A DNA stretch of 63,569 nt, filler included, from Reticulomyxa filosa (taxonomy: Eukaryota; Protista; Foraminifera), in assembly GCA_000512085.1 (NCBI GenBank). It is 20 parts of 20 records of this genome, joined end to end, with 100 filler letters (N's around TTAATTAATTAA, not from the genome) between each part and the next. Parts side by side here need not be neighbours in the genome. Positions count along the whole stretch, not along the records: positions 12,733 to 14,940 come from ASPP01005812.1; positions 15,041 to 19,825 come from ASPP01014106.1; positions 19,926 to 24,349 come from ASPP01009452.1; positions 24,450 to 28,979 come from ASPP01028441.1; 16 more parts are not named here. One strand, given 5' to 3'. Below are positions 12,789 through 26,618 of the stretch, piece after piece. The notes under the pieces were generated by a model. It had not been told where the DNA came from. It made no database searches and saw only the letters and a program-made list of their open reading frames with translations. Position 1 is the stretch's first letter. Each line of letters begins with the position of its first letter. A program made the position numbers and the translations under genes.

Positions 12789-13220
12789 GTGCGACACAAG
12801 TACAAAAAAATTTAATTACTTAATAATTCAACTTATGTGATAAAAATAATAAATTATAAAAATAATTATAATCTGCTTCTGTAAAACAATAAAACATAAT
12901 AATCATGATTGAACTATGTATTTAAAGTTATCGTTTTTTCACAGTAAATATTGACTTTTAGTTTTTTGTTGCGATAATCGGAATTGTATATATCATTTTA
13001 TTGTGATGTATATATTGATACGATATTTATTATTTCAATATTTTGTTGTTAGTATTATGGTAGTTACTTAAAAATTCTTAAAACTATTTATTAAAGATCG
13101 TTGTATTGTCATTATCAATTTTAAGAAGCTATTTACTATTTACTTATAAAATATTTTTATTATAAAATAGTATCAAATTAATAAATTGACCACATTATAT
13201 TTTTTGTACTTGCGTTACAC
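12789..13220. mobile_element. MITE-like element with imperfect 21-bp terminal inverted repeats
   Basis: GTGCGACACAAGTACAAAAAA (12789-12809) versus reverse complement GTGTAACGCAAGTACAAAAAA (13200-13220), 18/21 identical; very AT-rich non-coding interior. Confidence 0.55.
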
Positions 13221-13530
13221 TTTTTTTTTGAAAAAAATAATTTTGTGTAAAGAAAAGACAGATTTTATAGTAAACAAAGTCGAGTTAGACATTAATAACA
13301 ATGAAACGAGTATCCCACATGCACAATACAGACTTATGTGAAAAGGAGTGTCTTTTCCTTATTGGACAGTAAACAAATATAGGAGCTAGTACCCAAAACA
13401 TAAATAAACAAAAAAAAAAAGCTATATGTCACAACGAAAATCCATCAAAATTTCAAACTTTCAACCTTTCCAAAAAAAAGTTTGTCCGAATTAGAAAATT
13501 GACATTGCAAAAAATAATTAAAATACAAAA

Positions 13531-14172
13531 TTAAGTAGCAGTGTTTTTTTGAAAAAAATCTCGAAGCGATTGAGAATGAAAGGTGATTCTTTGTTGAATG
13601 TGTGTATTCCAGTCGTTAAGGTCAATGGCAGAATGATCAACAGGAAAAGTCCATCGCAAGCCTTTGGAAACGAGCATGGACAAGTTGGTAATATTGGAAG
13701 CATGAATATAACCCAATTGAAACCGTTCAATATTTTGTTCCAAAGTCCCTGAAGTGCACCAATCCTGCCAAGGCCACAGAAATTTTTCGGGCGGGGATAT
13801 GTCAGCCTCGGATGTGTGAATGACACTAACGCGAAGTACATGATCGATCTCTGGGATACAAGAAATCGGTGACGAGGAAGGGGTTGACGATGACGATGAC
13901 GATGACGACAACGATGATGACAAGGAGCTTGGCGTATGTTGACACAGCACTTTGGCATGACTAAAATAAGCATCTTCTGGAATTGCAAACCAACTGCTAA
14001 ACCCTCCATCCAAAGCCAACGCTTTTTCCCATTTCCCAGGACGTCGAAAAAAGGGTAGCGTTCTCATTGAACAAGTTGCCCCATATACCAATTCTTTCAA
14101 TGATCTGCGGAATGTCATCACAGATCATTCATTTTTCGTGTGTATATGTATATGTAATATATACATATATGC

Positions 14173-14206
<34 letters not shown>

Positions 14207-14940
14207 GCATATACATATATATTATATACGTTTGATTCAAACATTACCGAAAGGAATGAGCCAATACAAATTCAAATTTCCAAGGACACAAATTCCATTT
14301 GGTAACTCCGAAATACAAGAGCGGAGAAGTTTTGGAATCGCTTTGGGCTTTCAACAACTTGTCGTCAATCCCAAATTTGAGAAACAAACGCAGGATCATG
14401 TCCATCACTTGTTTGGTATCTAAAAAACAAAATTTTAACAATCTCGAATCAAACAACTTTTGCCACTCCATTCCAAACTCAAATGCTTGACATACACTTA
14501 AATTAAAAAATATTGTGATGACGGCACTCGTTCCACATGATATCCCGCACAATCGCAGCTGCTTCTCTTCCATCGCGTCTTGGATGTCAAAGTGGTCTCG
14601 TAGATACGCTATCACGCCGATAAAGTATGCCCACAATGTACCCCCTGGAGAAAATGATATTACTGGTCTATTGTCCAACAAAGGGGCCTCAAATTCTTCC
14701 AGTTTTTTTTTTAATAACTCTTTCTGCCGGTCTATCAGTTTCAATGACGAACTTCGATAGTACTGACATCTTGCCTTGTTTACAAGGCTTTGCATTGGTT
14801 TATTCCACAACAATTTTACTACAATTAGATTCAATAACAAGCCAATGTACGCAAAGAAGCGTAAAATAATAGCTGGACATACTCCGGGCATGATTATCAC
14901 ACAAAAGAAGGGCCAGAACACTTCATACCAAACTTAATTT
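13531..14940 (-). CDS. Patatin-like phospholipase (PNPLA-like), 5'-truncated
   Basis: SFSPGGTLWAYFIGV oxyanion loop, GISCG nucleophile elbow (GxSxG) and LDGG catalytic Asp motif; intron with TA repeats at about 14125-14245. Confidence 0.85.
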
Positions 14941-16408
14941 NNNNNNNNNNNNNNNNNNNNNNNNNNNNNNNNNNNNNNNNNNNNTTAATTAATTAANNNN
15001 NNNNNNNNNNNNNNNNNNNNNNNNNNNNNNNNNNNNNNNNTCTTTATCTTCTGTAAATGACGTCACCAATCGATTCTCTAATGTGATTTCCCTTCCTCTG
15101 ATCCCTTGTCATTTTCTTTTTTATTATTATTGTTGTTTATTTTATTAAATAATTCATCTGAACCAAGGAATGACAAACAATAAAAACAAGGGAGAATTTT
15201 TTTTCAGTGCCTCTCCGTTTTGTTTTGTTTCGTTTTTTTTTTTTTTATTGCCTTTCTGTTTTTCTCTTTATTTTAAAGAATTGTTCTGTTAACATGTTTC
15301 AAGGAAATAATTGTTGTTTTTGTTACATCTTTTTGTAGTTTTAATGCAACTTTTTTTTCAATTGTTGTTGCATTTGAAAAATGATCCAAAGAGATCGCCG
15401 CGATACAAAAAAAAAAAAAAAAAACGAACCTTACGGCCTTGGGCTATTATGTTTTTTTTTAACCTTTTTTTTACATTTTGAGGGGTTTTTTTGTTTTTTT
15501 ATGATTTATGCAAACTGTGACATATGTGCAAAATGAATACTCTTGGTGTCATTGCTTTTGCTTTGTGTTTTTTGTGTGTGTTTCTGTAAAATGCTGTAAA
15601 ATACGAGATATAATCAAAACTACACAACTTGAGCGTCTTCTTTTGAAAAATGCATCAATGAGAATACCATGGCAAAGCATTCCCTTGAGTAACGAAATCT
15701 CCGAGTATTGGATGTGTCATTCAAGACTAGCCTTAGTGTTGACATGAAACAAGTAAGTTTGCACTTTGAACTGGTTGCTTCGTCCAATCTTTTTGCCATA
15801 CTAAATGTTTTGATAAGTGGTCATTATCTTTAATTTAAGATTGTATTGTTGTTAAAAGCTGAATTAAATTGAATGTCTTCAAAAAATCGAATTATGTTTA
15901 GTCTGATATGTAGCCTACTTACCGAATTCGATCACTGAAAGACCTTGCTTTTTTATTTGTTGAATTAGCACAATAGAGAAAAATGTTTATGCAATTGTGA
16001 ATTTGCAGGAAATAAACGACTAGAATGTGTAAAAACGAAAAACGTCTTAGGGGAAAACGGACATAAGTAAATAAGTAAAAAAATGCAAAGTATTTCAAGA
16101 GGTAAATAAAATTACGACTGTAAAAGACAAATCAACGTTTTGTATTTTGATTGCTTAATTTCGGTTCATCAAAGTTTTCAAATTTATCTTTATGATTTCA
16201 TTAAAGCAATGTTATAAATAAAGTTTATTCAGTCTGACCTCCGAAGCAGTGATAATAAGTGCTTTCAAACACAAGAAATAAATTTTTTTCCTTGGTGCTT
16301 GTGAAAGGAGTTTGTTCCCAAAAACTTGTTTGAATTGCCCAAATTTTTTAATAATAAATATTTTGTCAGATTTTTCTCTCTCCAAAATTAAGAATTACTT
16401 TTGTAACA

Positions 16409-17804
16409 ATGGCGCAAACAGAAGTAGTGGCTCAATTTGAGATCCAGAATCCCCCAACGGACGGCATCACTCGTGTGAAGTTTACAAAAGACGGTGCACA
16501 TCTGCTGGTGTCGAGTTGGGACAAAACAGTGACACTCTACAACATTGACTTTGAAAATTTTTCCTCCAAGAAAGTCCACTCGTACGACCACAAGGCAGGA
16601 GTACTGGACTGCACATTGTCTCAAAATAGTGGAACAGCATACAGCGGTGGTTGCGACAACCTCGTTATTCGATGTGATTTGTCTTCAGGAAGCGTAAGTC
16701 CACTGCTTTCGACCAGTGGACATAGCCAGCCGATCCGATGTGTCCAATATGACAATGAAAACCAATATGTGATAACAGGCAGTTGGGACAAAACCCTCAA
16801 AGTATGGGATGACCGTGTATCTGAGCACGTGGTTCTGACACATCATTTGCCAAGCAAAGTATTTGCAATGAGCACCAGCAAACAGCGTTTAATTGTTGGT
16901 TAAGTGAAGCACAATCAGAGTTTTATTTTTTATTTTTATTAAAAAAAAAAAAAAAAGAAAGACGCGAGATTGCGAAACCTTGTCTCTCCTTTTTTTTTTT
17001 CCCTCCCTCTCCCTCTTCTCTTTATTCTCGTTGCATGCTACTGTTTTCCTGCAATATAAACAATTGTGTGTCCACAACCGAACAATTGTCTGTAACTGTG
17101 GCAAAAATGTTCCATGAAGGGGTTAAACAAACAAAAAAACAATGTTGAACGAACAATGAATGGTAAATATGATGTGTTTGTATACGTTGGTGATGACTTT
17201 GAACCTTTGGGGGGGGGGGTGGATGTAACACGGGCAATTCGAACTTGGGAGAAACGTATACGTAGGGTGCAGTGGACGAGAGATATATATCTATGATTTA
17301 CGTAAAATGAAAGAACCAGAACAAAAGCGTGAATCATCATTGAAACATCAAACTCGATCTATATGTGGCCACACGAATGGCGAACAGTTCATATTGGCAT
17401 CGATTGAAGGACGTGTCGCGATCGAGTATTTTGATCCTAGTCAGGAGGCCCAACAAAAGAAGTTTGCGTTTAAATGCCATCGATCAGTGGACAAGACGAC
17501 CATGGTTCAAACCATATATCCGGTCAATTGCGTCTCAGTTCATCCTATTTATGGAACTTTTGCCACTGGAGGTTGTGACGGTATTGTCAGCGTTTGGGAT
17601 ATGGACAATAAAAAACGCATCAGCCAATTCTCTGCGTTTGCTACCAGCATCGCCAGTATTGATTTCAGTGGAAGTGGAAATCAACTGATGGCGATTGCTC
17701 AATCCTACACTTGGGAGCAAGGACCCACCGAACATCCCAAAGATAGCATATTTATTCGTCGAGTTAAAGAAGCTGAAATGAAACCTAAACAAAAGAAAAA
17801 ATAA
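16409..17804 (+). CDS. BUB3: Mitotic checkpoint WD40 protein BUB3, join(16409..16898,17266..17804)
   Basis: PPTDGIT, LLVSSWD, TGSWDKTLKVWD, RESSLKHQTR, SIEGRVAIEYFDPS.EAQ.KKFAFKCHR, IYPVN, GTFATGGCDG and KKR..QF signatures; a clean GT-AG intron restores the frame. Confidence 0.93.
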
Positions 17805-18250
17805 GCGGAACAAGACCGGTACCACAAGACACTTGTCTTGAGGAAAGGCCAGAGGCAAAAAAGGGAAGGGGAGAGAAGAGAGGAAAGATTTCAAAAAAGT
17901 CATGAAAATGAAAAATAAAAAGGAGAGTGCTTTTGAGTTTTTTTTAGATTGATTGTGTCAGTTTATCTGGGCTTTATTTTACTTTACTTTGCAAATTGAT
18001 TTTTTTTTTTTTTTGGGTATTTATCAAATTGGAAAATTGACAATACAAAATCTAGACTGACAAAGCCATCATAAAATTGACCAAAAAAATCGTTTTCCAA
18101 CAATTTGTAATTGACCACATTAAACAAACAAATCAACAAAAACAAATATGGTTCTCTATTCTCAACAGTTATTAACATAAAAAAGAATACGTTTCGATTT
18201 TTGAGGAAAAGTTCACCGCACAAGTTGGAATTTAAGGTGTGACAGACTTG

Positions 18251-19746
18251 ATGAACATTTTGTGGGCATTAGTTGCTACAACTTTGGTTCGCGCAGGTAA
18301 TTTTGTTTAATTTTTTTATGTGTTGTAGCAGCTACAGCATAGACAAAAAAAAATGAAGGACTTTCTTTGTCCTGCAGTGGACCAACTTATCTAAGAACCG
18401 ACTTACATAATTGGCAACAATACTTGAATGAAAGCGAAGCGTTGATATCTCCTAATTGTCAGTATCGCCTTTCAGTAGAAACAATAAAAGAACGAAGCGA
18501 GTCATATGCAGTTTTGCGTGTGGGCGATATAGCCTTGTGGACATCTCCAATGAGCAAAAATCCACTGCAATTCAAACTGACCAACGCAGGCAATCTGCAA
18601 TTAATAGACAAGCAAGCCAATGAGGTGTTTTGGGAAACACCAGTTGTAAATAACGGCAGAAAGCCTTATGTTGCAGCTGTTAATAACTTTGGTGATGTCA
18701 TTATATCCGATCCCAAAGGCCCAATTTGGAATTTATGTATGTATACGTCCCCCAAAAAATGTTTTATTTTTAAAACCTTCTCCTTCTTATATGTTACATA
18801 TGTAATGTAATATATTACTATGCCAAAAGAAGACAAAAAAAAAAAAAAAAAAAGGGGTGGTCATGTGGATGGGTTTCAAAAAAAAATAGACTGTGAACAT
18901 CACCGCAATCATCTGTGGAGTGGTGAAAAGTTACAAATGAACGAAGGCATATATTCGACTAATTGTCAGCACGTGTTGCAACTGTCCGCGACCGGATTGG
19001 AGTTAAGACATTACGAAGAGATAGAGCAATGGACTAACGATGAGTTCGCTTGCGACTCGTGTTCTCTGCAATTGAACGACAAAGGCTATTTGCAAATTGT
19101 GAATCATTTGGGAAATATTGTTTGGTCCCTTTCTTTGGGTTTTTCCGGTGAGTGTCGAGGAATATTTTGGGAACAAAGGAGGAAGAGAAGGAAAAGAGAG
19201 TCCATTTCAAAAAAAAAAAAAAAAAAAAGCACTCACCAATATAAACTTATTGTTCGAATCAATTGATATGGACAAAGAGCAAGATATACATATATATACA
19301 TATACATACATATATAAATATATGCACAAACACTGTCGATGAATTTGTTATATGTGTAATACACTTTTTTTAAAAAAAAAAAAGAACCAGAAATGCAGCG
19401 GTATGTAATGGTAATAACAAATGAAGGCAGGGTCGAAGTAAGAAATAGCAAAGGACAGAAAGTTTGGGACGGATCCCAAGTGCAGACAAAGAAAGAAACG
19501 AAAGCAGAAATATGGCCGAAGAACAAGGCCAAGACACATCCGAAGCAAAATGACGAATGGAGCCAATATACGACGTTGACGGGTTGTGGCGTATTGTTGG
19601 TCCTGGCGCTGTGCAGCTCACTGTTTTGCGGATCTTACGGGACCCGTTACGTCAAGAGTTACACTGTCGCTCCCGAACCGGGCGTGACCCACTTGCAAAA
19701 AAGCCTGACTTTTAATTTGGAGCAGATCCTTCGGATTGGAGTTTAA
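18251..19746 (+). CDS. Type I membrane protein with two bulb-type (GNA-like) lectin domains
   Basis: Signal peptide MNILWALVATTLVRA; repeats L.S.NC.Y.L, LTNAGNLQL...W, VNNFGDVII...IW, LNDKGYLQI...VW and ITNEGRVEV...VW; C-terminal TM segment GCGVLLVLALCSSLFCG. Confidence 0.75.
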
Positions 19747-19785
19747 TTCTTTGTTGTTTTTTTTTTTTTTTAATGGCAATGACAT

Positions 19786-19825
<40 letters not shown>

Positions 19826-19989
19826 NNNNNNNNNNNNNNNNNNNNNNNNNNNNNNNNNNNNNNNNNNNNTTAATTAATTAANNNNNNNNNNNNNNNNNNN
19901 NNNNNNNNNNNNNNNNNNNNNNNNNCAAAGTCTACATTTTTTTTTTTTGAAATAAACTCCACTAAACCGAATGACCCCTTCGCATTGCA

Positions 19990-20567
19990 ATCGATTTAAA
20001 AGTTTGAATTCACTTGCAAACAACAAATCTGCATGCTTTTGTGATCTCTTTTTGTTATATAGTTTTTAAAAAAAACAGGAAACACAAATAAAGATGTTGT
20101 AATGCGAGAAGGATTGTTATCCCAAAAAAAAAAAAAAAAAATAACGCAGTTATAAAACTGACCCGTAATCGCTTGAGTGCACATCTTTGACCAGTGAGGA
20201 GGTAATTCACTTCATACACACACGAGGACATCCCATCACCCAATGTTTGGATAATCTCAAATTCACTCATTACGTTTTTTCTCGCGTTTTTGCGCTCGAC
20301 AAACTCGGTAACTGTTTGTGGAATTTCCACCTCTTCGTTTTCCCTTGTATCGTAGTCTATTCCCTCGGATTCTTGCTTTGTGCCTTCACTTGTTGGGGTG
20401 TTTTGCACGTTTCGACTACGGCCTGTCGAGTTTAGCACAGCCAAATCCGAACCTGTGTCTACGTAGTTTTTATTCCGTCGCGGATTTTGTGGGGTGATAT
20501 GTGAAGAACCGTGTGAAAGGGTTTCGTTTTTTTGTTGCAAGCAACATTTTGAATTGTGGCCGCCCAT
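19990..20567 (-). CDS. Ser/Thr protein kinase, N-terminal part, with acylation motif
   Basis: MGGHNSKCC start; FEIIQTLGDGMSSCVYEV...TGQRCALKRL (subdomains I-II); truncated by the contig end. Confidence 0.78.
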
Positions 20568-21076
20568 TCTTCAAGATTACTTTGATTATTGACAACAATC
20601 TTGACTGTAAGGTGTACAAATATTTTCACAAGATACAACTGCGATCTAATAATCAAATTATGAGGTGTGCTAATTATTTTTTGGGGAAAACGAGCTGTGT
20701 TTTTGTAAGGTTAGGTTGAAGAATGTAAACCGACAAAATACCCAAAAAAGATCAATTTAACTCTCTGGAGAATCACTTAAAAATATAAATATAAAGCAAG
20801 ACCTTTTTGTATGTGTATGTAAGCTTGCATATCTTTAAATCAAATGAACAAATAAAACATTTCGTTAAAGTATCACTACTTTTGATACAATCTCTTCCTC
20901 TAATTTAAATTATCGAATTAAATTTTTTTCAACACATGGGCCAAAATAACACCAATGAGTAGCGTAGAAGCAATATCTTCAATTACGATTTGAAATGTCC
21001 AAATCTAGAGTGCGGTAGTGTGGCCTGTTTGAACTTTTTTTTCTTTTAATAAAATTTATGCAAGGTGTCTCTGCAG

Positions 21077-23025
21077 ATGGGTCAATCAACTTCTCATTCT
21101 GCTGAAACAACATTTCGGCCACATTCCACTTTCTTTCATTCCCGTCAGCAGGCGAAAAATGAATCCTGTTACGAACGTGCAAAAATAGAGGAAAGGATAG
21201 AGATGATAGAAAGTACGAGTTTGAAGAAGCCGATATTTGCACTGAATCTAGCACGTGAGCCTCCGAAACACTGTCGGACCAATTATATCCATGCACTATG
21301 TGAAATTATCAACGGTAATTCGCGGATGGGATCATCGATATCAATAAATGGAAAAGAAAAGGAAGGCGAGGAAGAGAAAATGAGAAACGCAAAATTGAAA
21401 TTCGTTCAGCTATCGATCTGCAATTGGCGTTTTTTAGGAAGTCAAATCACATCATTGGACCTGTTGTCCAATGCATTAAAAAACAATGTTTATATAAATA
21501 CATTACATTTGATCAATTGTCAATTGGATACCTACTCCAAACTTATTGTCCTTATCAAAGCATTAACAAAACGAACACAAGTTCCATTGTTAAGCATTGA
21601 TCTGTCTGGGAATGCCTTTGGACTGGATGAGCAAGCTGTGACCGCATTTGGTATATATGTATTACTCTTTATCTTTCACTACTATATATGTACCACTGAA
21701 AACGTACGTGTATGTATCCCTTCAATTGAAAAAAAAAAAAAAAAAAGGGGAATACATTATTGAATGAAATACACAATATTGACAAAAAAAAAGAAGAGGA
21801 GAAAACAAAGGAGCTCTATCATTATTATTATTGTACGTATACATATATGTGTACGTATATATGAACAAAAGGCCATTTTGTTAGTCATGCCCAATGCTGT
21901 CAGAGTTTAGAATCGCTAACAATACGCTGCATTCGACTGACAGACGCCAACTTTATAATATTGATGAACATGCTAAAAGAAGGATGTAATATAGCGACAG
22001 CAGCGCCAACAGCAGCAGTAACAGCACTAATGACCTCCAAAGGATCAATCCAACCCTGGCGTAACTTTAGTGTGACACACAATCGACTCACTAAGTTGTC
22101 AATGACTTCACTGTGCGAATGGTTAAGACAACGCGAGAGAGCGTCGAGGCTATCAACACACAGGGATGGATTGATATTAAAGTTGAACGCTAATCCCATC
22201 GGCGACGAAGGCCTGCAAAAGATTGCCGACTTGGTCGCACACACCGACATACCTTTGGAGGCACTCTATTTGAACAAGTGCAAGATCACAATGAAAGATG
22301 GAGTGTATCCATTTTTGCAAAGTGTTTGTAAGCGCCAATACCGCGTAAAAGAAGAAATGATACTGAAATTGTGTCATGCTATTCAAATCCTAGGCCTATC
22401 GCTACCCGTTGAACTTTCGACCATCATCATCGATTATCAAATGGATTGGACTTGCGATCCGAGATTAAATATTCAAATATATGCCGATACCGTCGTGGAA
22501 GGATTCGATGAAAATATGTGTATCGACCAGTGGCAATGCGCACAAGTTGAAGGATTGAATCTCATTGTGCAAGAGCTCATCATAAAGAAACAACTTTGCT
22601 TCCATTCAATTCAAATCAGAACGGTTCATTCAAAAGTCATCAAACATCAATCACCATTGGATGGAAAAGAGGAAACAGAAAAAGACACCTTTTCATCTCA
22701 GCCCTCGCTTGTTGTTCTTTGCAAAACTGTCGAGTCCCTCGTGGACTACGTCAAAGATTCCAAAAATGGAGGCAGATTTGGTCGCTTACATTTAAATGTC
22801 GAACACGACTTTTCCAGTGATTATTTTACTCAAAACAAATATCATTCGCTATTTGGAGGATTGAATCTTCATCCTGATCAACAAACTGTTTGCTTAGACA
22901 CCAATTCTTATCTCGTCACATTATGTAATCGCTTTCTGGATACCGAAATCATTCGAAAGGATTTGGTTCCCAATCAAGACAAGTCCACTTCTAGTGGCGA
23001 TGCCATCAGCGTATCAAATCTTTAA
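21077..23025 (+). CDS. Leucine-rich repeat (RNI-like) protein, two exons
   Basis: INTLHLINCQL, LLSIDLSGNAFG, LKLNANPIGDEGLQKIADL and LEALYLNKCKIT repeats; MGQSTS start; intron at about 21651-21871. Confidence 0.8.
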
Positions 23026-23800
23026 TTTTATCTTTGTGTGATCTTTTATTCGTTTCATCTTTTTAGTTTTATTCTTTTCTGATGCTGTTATAGTAGCGCT
23101 TTTTTTTTTTTTTTTTGCAAAAAAAATTGTTTGCTGGGAGCAGTGAGTGCTATTATGGTATTGTTCACAATATACGCTAAGTAATTTTTTTGACTACAAT
23201 TATCTGTAAATTTAACTGGTAATTGATTAATCAATGCTAATATCAATAAACGACTTATCTAATGATTATTTAAATACTAATTATTCAAAGTCTAAATACT
23301 TTAAATCGTTCTAAATTATATTTTACAATAATATTGATTACTAATTATTTGAATGCTACAAATAGATTGCGATGTTTTGTTGTTTGTGCATCCATTTTTA
23401 TTTTGTTTTACTACCTTCAAATTTTTTTTCAAAGTAGTCAAAAAACCAGATCCATTGCAAATCAAGGCAGACCAATTCATTGAAAGCATAAACCAATGAA
23501 ACTGTTAACAAATATTGAAAGGTAACTTAAATTACAAAGATTTCAATTTTTATTTTTGAATGATTTGTACATTGAATGAAAACACTTTTGAAAAAGGTTT
23601 TGTATATTACGAACAAGGGCATTAAGGAACAGTGTCTATTAGTACCTATATACTGCACCAATTTTTTTTCAAATAACCGATTTAGGACGATTCGAGAAGT
23701 GAAATTTCGCAAACAAAACAAGCAACGAAAACAACGACTTTGCCAAGTGAAAAAAAATGAATATACAAAAGTCTTTGCCAGTGTCCACACAAACAATCAG

Positions 23801-24324
23801 TTAGCTTTCTTTTTTGGTCTCAATATCGACCTCAGTTTCCAGCAAAGGTAATATCATTTTTGGAGCAGGTTGTGAAGCAGTGGGTGTTTGTGGCAAGAAT
23901 TGTGTCAGCCATTCCATGCATTGCTCCATTTTTGCTTCGGAAGCTTTTCCATAAGGTGTCCTCCCTTTCCAATCACGTATGGAAAAATCAGCGCCTTTCT
24001 GCTGTAGCAATTTTAGACACGCCAGACTTCCAACACATGCAGCATAATGAGCACAAGTTTCACTAAATTCATTTTTTTTATCACATCCGCGCCGAGTTCG
24101 GCAAAGAGTTTCACCACAAACGGGTTGTCATGTAGACATGCATGCATCAAAATAGTAACACGCTCTTTGTTCAGTTCTTCGATCAAGTCTTTGCAATCCA
24201 AAAATGAAACACCAATTTCCGCAAGAACCTCAATCACGTTGTATTCATGAGCTTCAAAGCAGGCCCGAGCAAGTGATTTTCCTTCATCATTTTGGACATC
24301 TTTCAAACAATGCACAAATTTCAA
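23801..24324 (-). CDS. Ankyrin-repeat protein, C-terminal part, with a 1-nt frameshift in the A8 run at 24072-24079
   Basis: TILMHACLHDNPFVVKLFAELGAD; adding one A gives NEFSETCAHYAACVGSLACLKLLQQKGADFSIRDWKGRTP. Confidence 0.85.
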
Positions 24325-24562
24325 AAAAAAAAAAAAAAAAAAAGTGTTANNNNNNNNNNNNNNNNNNNNNNNNNNNNNNNNNNNNNNNNNNNNTTAATTA
24401 ATTAANNNNNNNNNNNNNNNNNNNNNNNNNNNNNNNNNNNNNNNNNNNNGGGACGGTTTAGTGTTTTGTAAAGTGGAAAAAGTTTTCGTGGAAATTATTG
24501 CCATTTTTTAAAAATATTGTTGCTATGCTTACTTTTTTACGAAAATATATTTTTTTGTTTGC

Positions 24563-24929
24563 TTATTTGGTACCGTTCAATCCGCCAATATGCCGTTGAA
24601 TTGAGCTCGAGCATGCACCACAAGTCATTCCATTTACCGAAAAAAGTCTCTTAATATGGGGTTTCATCGGCATCGAAGAAATTTCTTGAAGATCTGTCAT
24701 TTCAATTTTGGTTGACGCTGGCTCTTTGTCGTTGCCAGTAGTGTCTTCGTCTTCAAAATTAGCTTTCGAACTCAAAAGTCGAACATTTTCATCAGTATTT
24801 ATGTCGTCTTTTTTTTTTTTAATCCAGATTTGGGCAGAGAAAAAGGATTTTCTCTCAGAGGATTCTTCGAGATCATTATTTTTTATCTTAAGTTTTTTTC
24901 TTCCCTCCAAGGGAGGCTGAAGGTGTCAT
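24563..24929 (-). CDS. Heavy-metal-associated domain protein, probably the N-terminus of a Cu-transporting P1B-ATPase
   Basis: FSVNGMTCGACSSSIQRHI (GMTCxxC); ATG at 24929 joins this frame if one A is removed from the run at 24893-24899. Confidence 0.8.
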
Positions 24930-26618
24930 CCACGACAAAGTAGTGCTGGTGATAATGACTTTTAATAAGATATTTCTTTATGAAAAAAATTTCCATTTTG
25001 ACGCACTTTTTGTAACCTTACAGAAAAACGATAACTATCGTTAATGTGAATTAGCAAAGAAACCAAAATGATCAAATTTTCCAACTAAAAAAGTTCATCG
25101 ATATTAAATTGCAACATCTTCTAGTGTTTGACAATAAAAAATATGAAACATTGCTTATTTGGGAAATTTTGTTTAAGTTGAAAAAAAGACAAAAAGAGTT
25201 TGCGCACTAATAATACACTAGCATCAATACTTTTTTTAAATAAAAAAACATATAAACAAATAAATACGCAAAACAACTACTACAGACAAACGTTGATTTA
25301 TGTTGAAGAAATGTTCTTGTATTATTGTATTCAATAACATATATTAGTTTTCTACTACTATGTACATTTATGTTATATACAACTTCTGACACAATCCAGC
25401 ATTGGCCACGCAAAAAAAAAGTATCAAGTAAATGGTCTAATGTCAAACATGTCATAATATAAATGAACAGAAATTTTGTTTATGTTTCTTGTCTAACATT
25501 ACAAATAGGTTAATGATAAAAAGCGTTAATTGCTTCTTAGAAAACAAGGTGACTATATCTTTCAGCAAGATAACGCAATGAAAACTTATAAAATCGTGTC
25601 AACGATAATACAAGCAATCAAAAAAGTAAAATGTATTTAACTAGCCAATAAAAATTTTGAAAGATAAAAAACTAAACGATATTTAAAATTTTGATTAAAT
25701 GTTGTTTTTTCATTCATAAAATCAATTTCTTTATAATGTACATTTTTATGTTTTAATTTATGTTGTAGTTTTGTATTATTTGTTGTTTCTACTCATGCAT
25801 ATAATATGATATGCATGTTTTATTTATACACAGCATTTATAATAATGTAGTGTAAACCATAAGTATAGTCATAATTGACTCTAAAGTTTCATCAGCGTTT
25901 TTCTGGCAATATTACAATTATTTTTCTATTTTATTTCTTTGGTTTTCCCCAGTTATTTGTATAATTTAACTGAGTAAGCGTTATCAAATATAAGTATCAG
26001 TGTTATGTATATTGGCTTACTTGTCAATGCCGCTGGTACTTGTGGATGAAGTGTTGTTACAGTGTTAGTACTTGTTTCATTAACTGTATTAATATATCCA
26101 TTGGTGTCCATATTTATGTATGTGCTAGTACTGAACTTATGTTAAAATCGGTTGTAGCTAATATTGTTTGCGTATATATTTGATAGTTTTTTTTTTGAAA
26201 GCTCAATTTTCTTTTTTTTGCTTTGTTCCTACCTATTTTTTAAAATATGCAAATACGCACAACGATGTTGTAGGAAAGTTAGTTTCTTACATGACAAAAA
26301 ATTGCGTGTTTGCTATTCCACTTGTATCAACTCCAAGTGATTGTTCATGATGTGGAAACATGTGCAAAAACAAAAAGAAATTGTGAACAACTATTTCTCT
26401 AAAAAAACTTCAACTTTTTGCAAAATGAACTCATTCTATGTCTTGCCTAAAAAATTTTTTCTTTCACATTTCTGGTTAAATGTGTATTCAATTCTTTTGT
26501 TTCTATTTTTTTTGCTGTCATTTGCCAGGTTATTTCTGTGATAAACGTTTATTGTTTGTTCAAAATTTCTTTGCATTATTAACTAAACAAATGGTACACC
26601 TTTGGACACATATGCAGA

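Noticed and set aside
12789-12800. GTGCGAC as a second group II intron start
   Set aside because: It is part of a terminal inverted repeat and is followed by unstructured AT-rich DNA.
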